Positions 31,389 through 41,688 are shown, counted from the stretch's first letter. The stretch: DNA of 64,000 nucleotides from Candidatus Bathyarchaeia archaeon (GCA_038870975.1 JAVZJD010000002.1:576001-640000); one strand, 5' to 3'. The notes: a model not told the origin generated them from the sequence alone. A program made the numbers and translations.

Positions 31389-32600
31389 CTAAAATGCCCT
31401 GCTCAGCTCTTCCACTGCCTCCTCTAAATTCTCCCTCGTCAGGTTCACGTCACCCTCTGATAAAGCCCTACAGGCTTCCACGGCATAGCTCGACGATTTA
31501 GATAGATGGTTTATGGCGTTTAATAAATGGTCACTCATATTGATTGGACCTATGTAGTCGGAGGCGTTTTTAAGCCTCTTAAGGGCTAAATTGGAGTATT
31601 CCTCGGCTTTCTTAAAGTGCTCTTCAGCTTCCGCCATCAGGCTCAGCGACTTCTCGTATTGAAGCACCTCCAAGTATTGGAGGCTTGAGTTTAATTTATC
31701 CACCCCGATTAAGATCTCGCTTCCAGAGGTCGTCAGCTCACCCCCTACCACAGCCATTAGTTTAACCCCGCCCACGGCGGCCTTTATCTGCGGTAGCGTC
31801 CCCTCTGTGATGGGTATTTTTTCAACAACTTTTAATGCCTCTGAAAACTCTAATCCTCCAGTTTTAAAGTCGTCTAGAGCATCTCTTAGGTTGAACCCTC
31901 TCAGCTCATCTGTAGCATTTATAGATGAATCGAAGCCCATGAATATTCTCTTAAGGGCGTCTGCCAATCCCACCAGCTGTGATGGAAGTTTCTCTAAGAC
32001 CTGCTTCTGCTTTTTAGCTGAATTTACAACCTCCACGAGCTGACTGGGCAACTTCTCAGGTTCAATTGATTCTAGTTTTGAGAGGGCGATGCCAACGTAT
32101 CTTCCCCCCTCTATGAACCGCTCTTTAGACGTGTTAAGCTCGTCTAAAACCTTCCCTTTAAGCTCCCTGTATTTTTCCCTATCGCTGAAGTACTTGACCG
32201 AATCGTTTAACGCATCGTAGAGAGTACTTAACCCATCGGAGAGGCTAACGCCAGCCCTAGCGGTATAAAGTCCAACATCCATCAACCTGAGGGAGCCCTC
32301 CACCTGCGTAGCTAGGTTTGGGATTAAGCCTACGATGTATATGAGCCCATTCAACGCATCTATACTGCTTTTAGACTTCTCAAGGTAAAATTCAGCCAAT
32401 TGAAACTCCTCAGATGCATTTTTAAACTTAAAACTTTGAATGAGTGTAAACGCTTCTTGAAGGTGTTTAGACCCATCTTCAGCGTATTTGACCGCCTCAT
32501 TAACTTTTACGTATGCGTAATAGCTGAGTACTCCTATGACTGCTAAAACGACTAGTATGGATATTAGAATAAGTTTTCTTTTTAACATGCTAAACATCAT
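31389..32600 (-). CDS. Membrane-anchored helical/coiled-coil hypothetical protein
   Basis: N-terminal TM followed by a long amphipathic helical sequence. Confidence 0.75.
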   Translation of the reverse strand: MMFSMLKRKLILISILVVLAVIGVLSYYAYVKVNEAVKYAEDGSKHLQEAFTLIQSFKFKNASEEFQLAEFYLEKSKSSIDALNGLIYIVGLIPNLATQVEGSLRLMDVGLYTARAGVSLSDGLSTLYDALNDSVKYFSDREKYRELKGKVLDELNTSKERFIEGGRYVGIALSKLESIEPEKLPSQLVEVVNSAKKQKQVLEKLPSQLVGLADALKRIFMGFDSSINATDELRGFNLRDALDDFKTGGLEFSEALKVVEKIPITEGTLPQIKAAVGGVKLMAVVGGELTTSGSEILIGVDKLNSSLQYLEVLQYEKSLSLMAEAEEHFKKAEEYSNLALKRLKNASDYIGPINMSDHLLNAINHLSKSSSYAVEACRALSEGDVNLTRENLEEAVEELSRAF

Positions 32601-32680
32601 TAGAGGTAAACATGTATGAAAATGAATATAAGTCTATCCATTTACCCATGGAGATACTAAGTATAAACTTAGTCTAGTTC

Positions 32681-32907
32681 TGGGTTTTGAGTTAAGTAGA
32701 GATATATGGTGAATTGTTGCTTTTATCCCTACTTAGCTCTTCCCCCTCGGTTAATTCATAGAGGGCTTTCGGGGTGAACCCAACATCCCCACATCCGAAT
32801 GCCCAACCCATCCCCATAGGAAGCTATGCTTCCAGAGCGGAGGGAACACTAAAACCTATGGTCAAACTATATTTAAACCTATCTACTCTGAAACTGCTGA
32901 CATAGGC
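32681..32907 (-). mobile_element. Non-coding dispersed repeat, copy 1: TATA promoter plus tnpB 3'-end/omegaRNA-like segment (non-autonomous IS200/IS605- or IS607-derived)
   Basis: Homologous to 42295..42526 with identical blocks of 47, 37 and 23 nt; TTTAAATA at 32870-32877; several hairpins. Confidence 0.65.
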
Positions 32908-32946
32908 GATTTAAAAATTGTAAAAAGGGCTTAAGGTTTGAATGGG

Positions 32947-33059
32947 GGCCTTTATAGCTATCCATATACAGCGACATCTACGCTTATACTAATGGCCAGT
33001 CGCTTCCACTTCTCAAAGGCTGGATTATTTCGAAGCCCCCCGCTTTAAGCTCTCCAAGC
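32947..33059 (-). repeat. Diverged duplicate of 34272..34386 (DUF58 3' end plus downstream spacer)
   Basis: Alignable base by base, mismatches mostly transitions (aaaggctggatta.ttcgaagcc core). Confidence 0.85.
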
Positions 33060-33061
33060 AT

Positions 33062-33175
33062 CCCCTAGAAATGTTGTCAACCACCACGTCACTAATATCA
33101 TCTAAAGGTATCCCGACCAAGTGATTACCTATGAAGTCCGCACCTCCTGTTACAACGGTCTTTAAAAACTCGCCT
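33062..33175 (-). pseudogene. N-terminal remnant of an NAD-dependent epimerase/dehydratase
   Basis: Translates as KTVVTGGADFIGNHLV...VVVDNISRG, a decayed TGGAGFIG motif. Confidence 0.75.
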
Positions 33176-33232
33176 ATGTTTCGCTCAAACTCTTAATGTG
33201 CTCGAAGTGTAAAGCCACCATATTGCTCGCGT

Positions 33233-33637
33233 TCATATCCACTTGGTTTTCACCTCCTTAATCTGCTTAATATGCCTATCGTCGGTGAGGACAAAATCGG
33301 AAGATGTCCTAATAGCAGTAGCCGCGATGATCGCGTCTGCCATTGGCAGGTCTGCATACTTGCACCTCATTCGTGCGGCCTCGATGGCTGTAGATGAGTC
33401 AAGGTCCACTACTTTCAGCTTTGACTTCAAGATGGCATTTACCCTCATATCTGCTACATCTCGTCCGAAATTTTCCATCTCAAACTTGTAAAGCTCATGG
33501 ACAACTATCGTCGGGACAAATCCAATGCTTGCCTCTCTCTGAAGGCTTTCTAAAATCCTTCTCGTCTTGCTCTTCGTTTCTTCATCCTCAGCCAAAAAGT
33601 GCACAATAAAGAACCGTGTGTCTATGACCGCCTTCAT
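33233..33637 (-). CDS. vapC: PIN-domain toxin
   Basis: AVIDTRF, VVHEL, MADAIIAATA, LTDDRH acidic PIN residues. Confidence 0.92.
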   Translation of the reverse strand: MKAVIDTRFFIVHFLAEDEETKSKTRRILESLQREASIGFVPTIVVHELYKFEMENFGRDVADMRVNAILKSKLKVVDLDSSTAIEAARMRCKYADLPMADAIIAATAIRTSSDFVLTDDRHIKQIKEVKTKWI

Positions 33638-33638
33638 C

Positions 33639-33866
33639 TCAGTATCTATCTTCTGACCTCATTTTATCTATGAGCCCGAGGGCCTTTTCAACCTTAAATT
33701 TTCCAGCATCCACACCAGCTAGGTCTTCGATCCTCGGAACAACCTTAAAGATTATGCCAGATGGTGAATCCTCAACGACCATTTTCATGCCCTCCACTAT
33801 GCCATACTTTCTCCTCAACTCGATGGGAATGGTCACCTGACCCTTACGAGTCACTACAACTTCCAT
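33639..33866 (-). CDS. vapB: AbrB/MazE-type antitoxin
   Basis: VTRKGQVTIPIELRRKYGI; directly upstream of the PIN gene. Confidence 0.9.
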   Translation of the reverse strand: MEVVVTRKGQVTIPIELRRKYGIVEGMKMVVEDSPSGIIFKVVPRIEDLAGVDAGKFKVEKALGLIDKMRSEDRY

Positions 33867-34080
33867 ATTCCAACACTTACTCTAAGTACTACAAAATTCA
33901 TCGGTACTACTTAAAGCTTGCGGAGATGACCTTGATAACTGCGCCAATAGTTGACGTGTAAAGTAACTTCACTATAGCTCAAAGCACATGCCTTCAACGA
34001 CATATACGCGCACAGCTAAACAATTTTAAATCATTTTGGCATGTTTCAATGTCCATCTAGCCGTCCGCCTTATCGCTTCT

Positions 34081-34287
34081 TCAGTTTGTGTGGTTGAGTT
34101 TCTTGAGGATTAATTGCTTGATTTTTGGCTCTTTCCCTTTAATTATATACTCCATGGCTATGTATACTTCGGCTAGAAGACCCTCCATATTTAAGTCCTC
34201 GTACCTCTTAACGCTTCCGTCCGAGTACAGGACTTCTAGGTAAAACCTCTCTTCGACTTTTGGGCGATTTAGGCTTTTCATACCCAT
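34081..34287 (-). CDS. Small hypothetical protein
   Basis: 68-aa ORF with plausible composition, same strand as its neighbours. Confidence 0.55.
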   Translation of the reverse strand: MGMKSLNRPKVEERFYLEVLYSDGSVKRYEDLNMEGLLAEVYIAMEYIIKGKEPKIKQLILKKLNHTN

Positions 34288-34325
34288 CTATATGTAACAA
34301 CGCATGCATTTGTGCTGATGGCTAG

Positions 34326-35861
34326 TTACCTTCGCTTCTCTAAAGGCTGGATTACTTCGAAGCCTCTCGCCTTAAGTTCCCTAAGCCTGACGGCTAGTGC
34401 TTCGGCGTCGTGCGTCATATTGGAGACTACTATGAGCATGGCTGGTGGAGGTGTTCTACCAGATGCTTCTTTCAAAGCTCTACCTGCCGGGTGGCTTCTG
34501 GCCGCGTTGAGTAAAGCTACGTATTCAAGCTGTAGGAGGCTTAGTAGTCCAGTCGTGGACTCTGAGGATTTTAAAACATCTATGAGGCGGCTGAGCCTTT
34601 CGACCTGCGGGGGACCGAGGACCCTCAATACGTCTTTCGAAACGGTTACGGAGCCTGTTAGCTTTAGAAGCCTTTTCAAAGCTTCTTCAGGGTTTAAAGG
34701 CTGCGTGGTAGCTAGTACGTCCTTTCGACTGTAGACCGCTAGGGCCGTTGGTGTAGATTCTCTGGCTAAGGTGTAGGCTGAAGATATTAGGCTGTATAGG
34801 GTTTCATCTGCTTCTTCCCTACTTCTAACGGTCATGTTTCCAGCTAGTACGCTGGGTCTGCCGAAGCCTCCGCTGTACTCCTTGACGACTAGCCTCTGAA
34901 GCTTACACGTGTGCTTCCACTCTATGTTGCGTGGGCTATCCCCTGGAGCGTATAGACGGCATCCGTGGAATTCGACACCGCTTTTAGACGGCTTTAATCC
35001 CGGCTGGATTGTGGATATGTATCCCATGCTTCTTAGGGAGCCTTCCAAGTACTTCTTAGCTATCCACTCCGCGTATTTAGCCTTAGGTATGACGTGTAGC
35101 TCTAACGCCTCTAAGTCTTGGCACGTTGTCGTTAAACCCCAGGCGTCTACAGCTGTCAACTTGAGTTTAAGTGCTTCAGGGCATGCTAGTGAAGGTTTAA
35201 CCGATATCTTCAGTTCGACTGTTGTTCTAGGTGTGACTTTGAAGGTAGATGGCTTTACGCTTACCCACTCCTCCTCATGGAGTATTCGGACGTTTACGGG
35301 GGCTTTGAGTCTTGAGTTTAAGCGTATGGTGGCTTCAGCTCTCTCCCCGACTAACGTCCTCAGGGTTTGCCTATATGTTTCAAACGGCTCCCTAGGTATT
35401 CTACGTATAGAGAGCACCATCAATATGGATATGTACGTGAACGCTATAGTAGAGCCTATGGCAGATGATGGGTGGTTTAGGAGTGTCGATAAAGCGGTTA
35501 ATATGGCTGAACTGTACATCAGCGTTTTACCTCGCTTCGTCAGCCTCCTACCGTTGGATGCTTCAAGTTCTTCCGGGGGGTTTTCACTCAAGTCCTCAGC
35601 CAATGTCTGTAGGATTGGAATGGATGTTAAAACGTTCAGTTGGAGTGGTAGGGTTTCCTCGAAAACCATCGGTGTGAGCAGGATCGTGGCGAAGGTTATT
35701 GATGGCTTAAGCCTAGGTCTTGTAGAGGCGTATGCATTTAAAGCCGTAAGCAGTATGGCTAGTATGGAGTACGGTATTGGCGTTAAAACGGCTCCGACTA
35801 GAAGCACTACGTATGTGTAACCTGTGCAAGCATTGTGGAGGAGTCTGATTCTACTGTGCAA
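34326..35861 (-). CDS. DUF58 domain membrane protein
   Basis: GVEFHGCRLYAPGDSPRNIEWKHT...LVVKEY; follows MoxR. Confidence 0.88.
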   Translation of the reverse strand: MHSRIRLLHNACTGYTYVVLLVGAVLTPIPYSILAILLTALNAYASTRPRLKPSITFATILLTPMVFEETLPLQLNVLTSIPILQTLAEDLSENPPEELEASNGRRLTKRGKTLMYSSAILTALSTLLNHPSSAIGSTIAFTYISILMVLSIRRIPREPFETYRQTLRTLVGERAEATIRLNSRLKAPVNVRILHEEEWVSVKPSTFKVTPRTTVELKISVKPSLACPEALKLKLTAVDAWGLTTTCQDLEALELHVIPKAKYAEWIAKKYLEGSLRSMGYISTIQPGLKPSKSGVEFHGCRLYAPGDSPRNIEWKHTCKLQRLVVKEYSGGFGRPSVLAGNMTVRSREEADETLYSLISSAYTLARESTPTALAVYSRKDVLATTQPLNPEEALKRLLKLTGSVTVSKDVLRVLGPPQVERLSRLIDVLKSSESTTGLLSLLQLEYVALLNAARSHPAGRALKEASGRTPPPAMLIVVSNMTHDAEALAVRLRELKARGFEVIQPLEKRR

Positions 35862-36798
35862 TTTTGGGTACTGGCACCTCTTTTAAAGCCTCTTCTACAA
35901 GCCTTCTAGCGGTTATACCTTCGATTTCCGCCTCGGGTTTAACCTTTATCCTGTGTTCGAGCACCAATGGGGCTAGCCTCTTAACATCATCCGGTATTAC
36001 AAAATCTCTACCTTCGATTAGGGCTAGGCTTCTAGAGCCCTTGTATAGGGCTATCGTCGCCCTAGGGCTTGGACCTGAAACCACGTCTGGGCTTCCCCTA
36101 AGCTTAGCCACTAGGCTTGTGATGTAGTCTACGATCTTATCTGAAACGTATATTTTCCTAGCCAACATCTGAAGCCCTATCACATCCTCGGGCCTTGCAA
36201 CGGTTTCAACTTTAAACTCCTCAATGTAGTCTATCCTCTTGACTATTTCCATCTCTTCCTCCATGCTTGGATATCCGCTCCAAACCCTAAGCATAAACCT
36301 GTCGATCTGAACTTCTGTAAGCGGGTATGTACCCTCATAACCGTATGGTAGTTGGCTTGCCATGACCATGAAGGGCTTTGGAAGGTCGTAGGTTACGCCT
36401 TCTATGCTCACCTGACCCTCCTGCATGGCTTCGATTAGTGCTGCCTGAGTGCGTGGAGTAGACCTATTGAGCTCATCGGCTAAGACTACGTTTGCGAATA
36501 CCGGTCCTTTTATTAGCTTTGAGGAGCCGTCAGGTCTGTACATGTAGAAGCCCATCACGTCCGTGGGGAGCATATCTGCCGTGAACTGGATGCGTTTAAA
36601 CTCCCCACCTATGACCTTTGCGAAGCTCCTCGCTAAAAGCGTCTTACCAGTCCCAGGTAGTCCCTCTATCAGGACGTGTCCTCCGGATATCATTGCCACG
36701 AGCAAAGCTTCCTTCAAGTCGCTCTTACCTATGACCACCTTGTTCAGTTCTTCTCTAATCCTCTCTACGAGGTTTAGGTGACGTTTCAGCTCTTCCAC
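35851..36798 (-). CDS. moxR: MoxR-family AAA+ ATPase
   Basis: GHVLIEGLPGTGKT, RIQFTADMLP, LADELNR, EAMQE, DRFM. Confidence 0.95.
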   Translation of the reverse strand: MEELKRHLNLVERIREELNKVVIGKSDLKEALLVAMISGGHVLIEGLPGTGKTLLARSFAKVIGGEFKRIQFTADMLPTDVMGFYMYRPDGSSKLIKGPVFANVVLADELNRSTPRTQAALIEAMQEGQVSIEGVTYDLPKPFMVMASQLPYGYEGTYPLTEVQIDRFMLRVWSGYPSMEEEMEIVKRIDYIEEFKVETVARPEDVIGLQMLARKIYVSDKIVDYITSLVAKLRGSPDVVSGPSPRATIALYKGSRSLALIEGRDFVIPDDVKRLAPLVLEHRIKVKPEAEIEGITARRLVEEALKEVPVPKIAQ

Positions 36799-37676
36799 TT
36801 CTTAACCTCCTCAGCCCATATTGGCTTTAAACATACTATTAACGTTAACGCAAGTATTATGATGGCTCCTACGGGTGAAGATGCATATGAGTATATGGTT
36901 TGAAGCACCTCCTTGGCTTCATCTAGACGCGACATGGGTATGTGAGACTGGTCGATCAAGACTTCGACGACCCCGTGTAGTTCTAAGACTTTACGTATGA
37001 AGGGCATGTTATCGTCCATGTTGAGCATGGAGTTTATCGCTATGCTCGGGTCTGATACGGCTATCAGCCAACCACCTCCAAGCCTTACCCTGGCGGCTAC
37101 TGGAAACGGACCCTGAGGTTCACCGGGGTCCCATTCTGAGTCTCCGTCTAAGTCTAGGAAGCTGAAGCTTGAAGACCAGGCTAAGACTTCAGCTCCGCTG
37201 GATGCGTTTAAAGTTGAGCCGTGGTTTAACACTATGCTTTCCACAGCTTCGATCTTTTCAGAGAACTTTATGCATTTTGGAAGGGTTGGGCTTTTATAGT
37301 TGAACAATGGGTCTAGGAGGGGTTTACACGTAAACCTAATGCCTACGTTAAGTCCCTCTAGGACCGTGTTTCCACATCCGTAGTCGTCCATGACGATTAA
37401 AACGCCCCCCTTCCTAACGAAGCCTTCAATTGAGGCTAATTCAGAATCATCCAGAGGCGTGTAAGGTACTAGTATGAGGACTACGGATTTAGAGGCGCTT
37501 GTAAGACGTGTCATATCTGTTATCGTTTCAGCTCTGAGCACTTCTGCGAGGTTTGAGTATCCGTTCCAGAACGGGTTGTCACACCTGAAGTCTCCAGTTG
37601 ACGGGTAGAACCATATGAGCATCGCTGCGATCAGCAGGTTGGCTGAGAGTATTATAAGCCAGTTTTTAATCTTCAA
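36786..37676 (-). CDS. DUF4350 domain protein
   Basis: NPFWNGYS, GGVLIVMDD, VSDPSIAINSM; MoxR operon context. Confidence 0.8.
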   Translation of the reverse strand: MKIKNWLIILSANLLIAAMLIWFYPSTGDFRCDNPFWNGYSNLAEVLRAETITDMTRLTSASKSVVLILVPYTPLDDSELASIEGFVRKGGVLIVMDDYGCGNTVLEGLNVGIRFTCKPLLDPLFNYKSPTLPKCIKFSEKIEAVESIVLNHGSTLNASSGAEVLAWSSSFSFLDLDGDSEWDPGEPQGPFPVAARVRLGGGWLIAVSDPSIAINSMLNMDDNMPFIRKVLELHGVVEVLIDQSHIPMSRLDEAKEVLQTIYSYASSPVGAIIILALTLIVCLKPIWAEEVKKWKS

Positions 37677-39585
37677 CTAGACCACCTACGAGTTTATCTA
37701 ATAGTTTTTCAGCCCTCTCAATGTCTTCACCCCTAGGCTTTATTGGCGAGTACAGAGCGAGCTCAGCCATAACCGTGAGCTCTCTGAAGTATACGGTTAA
37801 GTCCTTCAACATCGGTTTAACGCGGTTTAAGAACTCCCTTAAGGTTTCACTTGGCTCCTGGTTGAGTTTTAAAGCCTTTGACACCGCGTCTAAAGCCTTC
37901 AAGTAGCAGTTTAAGACTGGAGCCCAACCCCCCTCTAGGACTAGGGTCGGTTTAACGGGTGTCGGCGTAACCTTAAGCTCGACTTCCCGAGCTTCGAAAG
38001 CCTCAGTAATTCTCTTATGGGTTTTCACGGACTTTAAGACTACAAGCACTATGGGTATTGAAGCTATTAAGGCCAAAAACGCATTAATGGGGTTCAATAT
38101 TAGAACGTTCATCGTGTACGTTGCGGCTTGATTCCAAGGGTCTTCAGGCTCCACTCTAACCGTGAGTGTATATACTCCTGAAAGCATGAGTGAAGCTGGT
38201 ATGCCTAAGCTGACGTTGAAAGACCCGTTATCCGACCTCGTGGCGTTTGACAGGTCTGCTAGGGTAGCCGTTACAATGATGCCTTTAACTACTTCAAGCT
38301 CTGATGAGGCTTCACCTTTGATCTGAACCTTCGACGGTATCACTATTACGCTCGGCGCTGAAACGATCAGCTTAAGCTTAGCTTTAACGACTTCTAGAGA
38401 ACCTACGTAGCGTCCTGGGGCGTAGACGCCCATCGGGCTAGATTCTACCGTAAGCCTGTATACGCCTATGTGAAGCCTAGGGTCTACTTGAACGTTTAGC
38501 TTGAAGTATCCGTTTGAGCTGGTCGATGTAAACTTGACCGTTTCGGCTAGGGAGGCTTTAACGGTTAATCCGTAGACGGGTTCACCAGTATCTGTTGAAG
38601 CGTAGCCCTCCACTTGGAAAGACTTACCTGGGTATACTTTAGACGGGTATCCCACCTTGAGCTCTACCCTGTAGAATAGTATTCTTATTGATATTTCCCT
38701 ACTTTCACACGGCCTGTATATTCGAGCATCTTCACCCTGGGGGCTGTACACCGCTTTAACCGTGAGGTTTGAAACGTATATGTAGGGTATTTTAAGCTCA
38801 GCCGTGAATGCTCCTGAGTCGTTTGTGAAAGCCGTTGACGCCATAGAGCCTCCAAGTAGGATTGAAACCATTCTACCCGGTAGGTAAGCACTGCCTGAGG
38901 TTAGAACCCCGTATACTTCTACTGCCTCGCCTACCCATGCCTTAGTCTGGCTCAGCCATATGTCTAACCGTGTCTCCTCAAGCTTTAATGCTTCAAAATC
39001 TGTGGCTTCCTCTCTGAGAGATTTTAAAAGCTCTAAATACTTCATCCATAGCGTTTTAAGCTTAACCATTAGATCCATGAGCTTATTGTAGGATTCTCTA
39101 ACTTTGCTTCCAGCTGGGCTTGCGAAAACCCCCACTCTACTCGCGAGCTCACTTAAGGCTTGTTCAAGCTCTATGAGCGTTATGTTGGCACTTCCAAGTG
39201 TTATACTCGCCTCTTCAAGCCTAGCCTTAGCCTCTGTAAGCCTGTAGGTGTTCAGCAGTGCTGATGCCTGCGTTAGTAAGGCCTCCGTCTGATTCAGCTT
39301 CTCAGCAAGCGTAGTCAGTAGGCTGTTGAACCTTTCGATCACGTATTTCACGTTGCTCGGCAGGTACGTCAAGCCCATAGTATTTATTAGGGTTAGAGCG
39401 CTGGCGTAGTCTCTGGAGGTCATGAGGGATAGTATATCTCCATAGTATGTTAAAAGCCACAGAGGGTTTAAGACCTCTTTGACTTTCGACGGGTCTTCGT
39501 GTGGAATGTACGTGGGCTGGGCTAGGCATTGAGCCGTTAGACAGAGCGTTAGAAGAGCTACTGTTAAAGCCTTAGCATATCCCAT
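37666..39585 (-). CDS. Secreted Ig-like repeat protein with C-terminal DUF4129
   Basis: Signal peptide, beta-rich repeats, TM, then PSETLREF...ELALYS. Confidence 0.78.
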   Translation of the reverse strand: MGYAKALTVALLTLCLTAQCLAQPTYIPHEDPSKVKEVLNPLWLLTYYGDILSLMTSRDYASALTLINTMGLTYLPSNVKYVIERFNSLLTTLAEKLNQTEALLTQASALLNTYRLTEAKARLEEASITLGSANITLIELEQALSELASRVGVFASPAGSKVRESYNKLMDLMVKLKTLWMKYLELLKSLREEATDFEALKLEETRLDIWLSQTKAWVGEAVEVYGVLTSGSAYLPGRMVSILLGGSMASTAFTNDSGAFTAELKIPYIYVSNLTVKAVYSPQGEDARIYRPCESREISIRILFYRVELKVGYPSKVYPGKSFQVEGYASTDTGEPVYGLTVKASLAETVKFTSTSSNGYFKLNVQVDPRLHIGVYRLTVESSPMGVYAPGRYVGSLEVVKAKLKLIVSAPSVIVIPSKVQIKGEASSELEVVKGIIVTATLADLSNATRSDNGSFNVSLGIPASLMLSGVYTLTVRVEPEDPWNQAATYTMNVLILNPINAFLALIASIPIVLVVLKSVKTHKRITEAFEAREVELKVTPTPVKPTLVLEGGWAPVLNCYLKALDAVSKALKLNQEPSETLREFLNRVKPMLKDLTVYFRELTVMAELALYSPIKPRGEDIERAEKLLDKLVGGLVED

Positions 39586-39857
39586 ATGTAGACACCGTAT
39601 AGGATCTCTATCACTCTAGCCGCCACTATCAGTGAGAAGACTGCTAGGAGGAAGTAGCCTATAACATTCATGTATAAGCCTACCTTGGGCTTGAAAGGCC
39701 CGTGTAGAGCTATTGAGACGAAGTACTCTAATGTGAACATGGAAACATATAGGTCGAGCCTATCCTCGCCTAGGGCTGAGAAGACGACGACGGTCGCTGC
39801 GAACATTATGCCCATCAGGAGTATAAGCCTAGCCTCAGGCTCCATATAAGACAGCAC
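39564..39857 (-). CDS. Small three-TM membrane protein
   Basis: Hydrophobic ORF overlapping the next gene's start. Confidence 0.7.
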   Translation of the reverse strand: MLSYMEPEARLILLMGIMFAATVVVFSALGEDRLDLYVSMFTLEYFVSIALHGPFKPKVGLYMNVIGYFLLAVFSLIVAARVIEILYGVYIWDMLRL

Positions 39858-39871
39858 AAGTGCGATTTGGT

Positions 39872-40101
39872 CTAGATTTCTTCCAACAGCTTTAGAAATT
39901 CTTCTTTTGTCAGCCCTATACTTTTAATGATTTGGAAAGTAGTCCTCTCCCCAGTTCTTCCCCTCTATGAACTGGGATGACAACTACTCTTCCATCATCG
40001 TGTTTTAGTATTACGTGACTACCTCGCTGTCTCACGGGCTTAAAGCCGATTTTAGCGAGAATTTTTATGAGCTTCTCAGGTGGGATTGGTCTTAGACTCA
40101 A
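39872..40101 (-). pseudogene. hicA: HicA toxin with a 1-nt frameshift near the 3' end
   Basis: RQRGSHVIL...VIPVH. Adding one A at ~39931 restores ...LLSKIIKSIGLTKEEFLKLLEEI* ending at 39872. Confidence 0.85.
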
Positions 40102-40345
40102 TTAATGGAACCTCTATGAATTGGATGCCAACTATTTCTCTTTTCGCCTCAACTGGAAGTCCCTTAACCTCTAGGTAAAGTTCTATTGCCTCTTTAATCC
40201 TCTCCATAAGTTCATCTAGTGTTTTCGCTTGAGTGTGACAACCGGGAAGCTCAGGAACATATGCCACATAGTAATTATCTTCATCCTTCTCGACTATAAC
40301 GCCAAACTTCAAGGCAACACCACTTATACTAATGTTTTGTGCCAT
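40076..40345 (-). CDS. hicB: HicB antitoxin (short form; true start probably TTG 40312)
   Basis: YVAYVPELPGCHTQAKTLDELMERIKEAIELYLE. Confidence 0.9.
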   Translation of the reverse strand: MAQNISISGVALKFGVIVEKDEDNYYVAYVPELPGCHTQAKTLDELMERIKEAIELYLEVKGLPVEAKREIVGIQFIEVPLIESKTNPT

Positions 40346-40399
40346 TTAAACCCTTTTCTTATCGGTTTAAAGAGATATTCATAAGCCTTATTCGAGCTT

Positions 40400-41155
40400 C
40401 TACTCAAGGACTCTAAGTCTTACGAGAAGCCTATTCTTGGCCTGCTCTTCGCTTTCTACTATTATCGGCTTGTCTAAGGCTTCAGCCACTAGTGAAGCCA
40501 CCGTCGAAGCTAAGGGGCTTCCCAAAACCTCTGATGCTAAGGTTCTACTATCGATCGTTAATTTTGGGTTTGAAAGCTCCACTATGACCCTACCACCATC
40601 TATGGAGGCTTTCACGGAGTCTACGACTCCTAAGACGTTGACTAGGATCGTTGATAGGGATGATTCTAAGGCGCCTGCCGTAGGTTCTGATTGTTCAGAA
40701 GGCTTCTCAAACATACCTGCGGCTATTGAGCCTGATGTCTCCATGAGCACACCTACGTCTTCCTGTTTCAAGCCGAACCTCACGATGAGCCTCTTGGGGA
40801 GTGGTCTATCTATCTTCGGGGGCTTTGGGTTTGAAATCAAAGGTATGAGCGCCATAGGTTCTCCATTCGTAAGCCTGGAGGGTAAGTACACTGCCTTGCT
40901 TCTAAGCCCGAGCTCCTCTATTAGGGCTGAGGTGTTTCTAATGCTAGATTCAAGCATTAGGCGGCTTGCTTCAGCTGGTATTTTTGGGGTGCCAGTAGAT
41001 AGGGCTAGTATGACGGAGCCGAGTATCATCATGGATATTCCTAGAGCTGAAAGGGGTGTAGAATTCAGCATGAGAAATGCTAGCGTGAACAGTAGAACAC
41101 CTGACGGTATGAGCATTAAACTGACTGCTCTATACGCACGCCTCTGGCTCATCAA
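40400..41155 (-). CDS. Conserved hypothetical membrane protein (two N-terminal TMs)
   Basis: 251-aa ORF in the same orientation as the operon. Confidence 0.75.
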   Translation of the reverse strand: MMSQRRAYRAVSLMLIPSGVLLFTLAFLMLNSTPLSALGISMMILGSVILALSTGTPKIPAEASRLMLESSIRNTSALIEELGLRSKAVYLPSRLTNGEPMALIPLISNPKPPKIDRPLPKRLIVRFGLKQEDVGVLMETSGSIAAGMFEKPSEQSEPTAGALESSLSTILVNVLGVVDSVKASIDGGRVIVELSNPKLTIDSRTLASEVLGSPLASTVASLVAEALDKPIIVESEEQAKNRLLVRLRVLE

Positions 41156-41164
41156 GAGGGCCTC

Positions 41165-41572
41165 TTAAAGCAGTAGCGATGCCCCTGTTAGTTTTACTCC
41201 TTCCTTCGGGTCTAATACTATCCCGTACTTATCCATGGTTCCAGAGCCTATTATTAATTCAGGTAGACTGATCCTCCTGCCTTCGACTTCAACCTCCTTG
41301 GCAAACTCATCTACGATGAGTACGGTTTCAGGTGGTAGTAGTTCAAAGTCGTCTATGATTAGAGTTATTTGAGCATACTTATCTGCTTCGACGAAATCTC
41401 TATTCACTAGGTAAAGTTTAACTGTTTTAGGAAGCTTAGACCAGTTGGAGCCGAAGTACTCCTCAAAGGATTTGCGTTGAACTATGGTATATCCTGAGCC
41501 AGTATCGAATAAAGCTACGCAATTAACTCTTCTATCCATAAATTTAACCCCTACAGTCTTAATAGCACGCAT
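41165..41572 (-). CDS. Clan AA (retropepsin-like) aspartic protease
   Basis: ALFDTGS and LIIGSGTM motifs. Start moved to ATG 41572. Confidence 0.82.
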   Translation of the reverse strand: MRAIKTVGVKFMDRRVNCVALFDTGSGYTIVQRKSFEEYFGSNWSKLPKTVKLYLVNRDFVEADKYAQITLIIDDFELLPPETVLIVDEFAKEVEVEGRRISLPELIIGSGTMDKYGIVLDPKEGVKLTGASLLL

Positions 41573-41688
41573 CCATAAACGCCTAAATAAGATAACAGAA
41601 ACAGCGCTCAATTAAATATTTTCATAGCTTCGCGATCTCTACGATTCTCATATGTATCGTCGTATCAATGTGCGTGGCATTTTGAACG

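Noticed and set aside
32681-32907. The 230-bp repeat as a tRNA, CRISPR unit or riboswitch
   Set aside because: No cloverleaf or T-loop, no repeat-spacer periodicity, no aptamer consensus I recognise, and the downstream genes of the two copies are unrelated
34909-35820. 303-aa plus-strand ORF, and similar long antisense ORFs such as 40437..41168, 30147..30680 and 2039..2536
   Set aside because: Fully overlap well-supported minus-strand genes; Ser/Thr-rich antisense composition with no motifs
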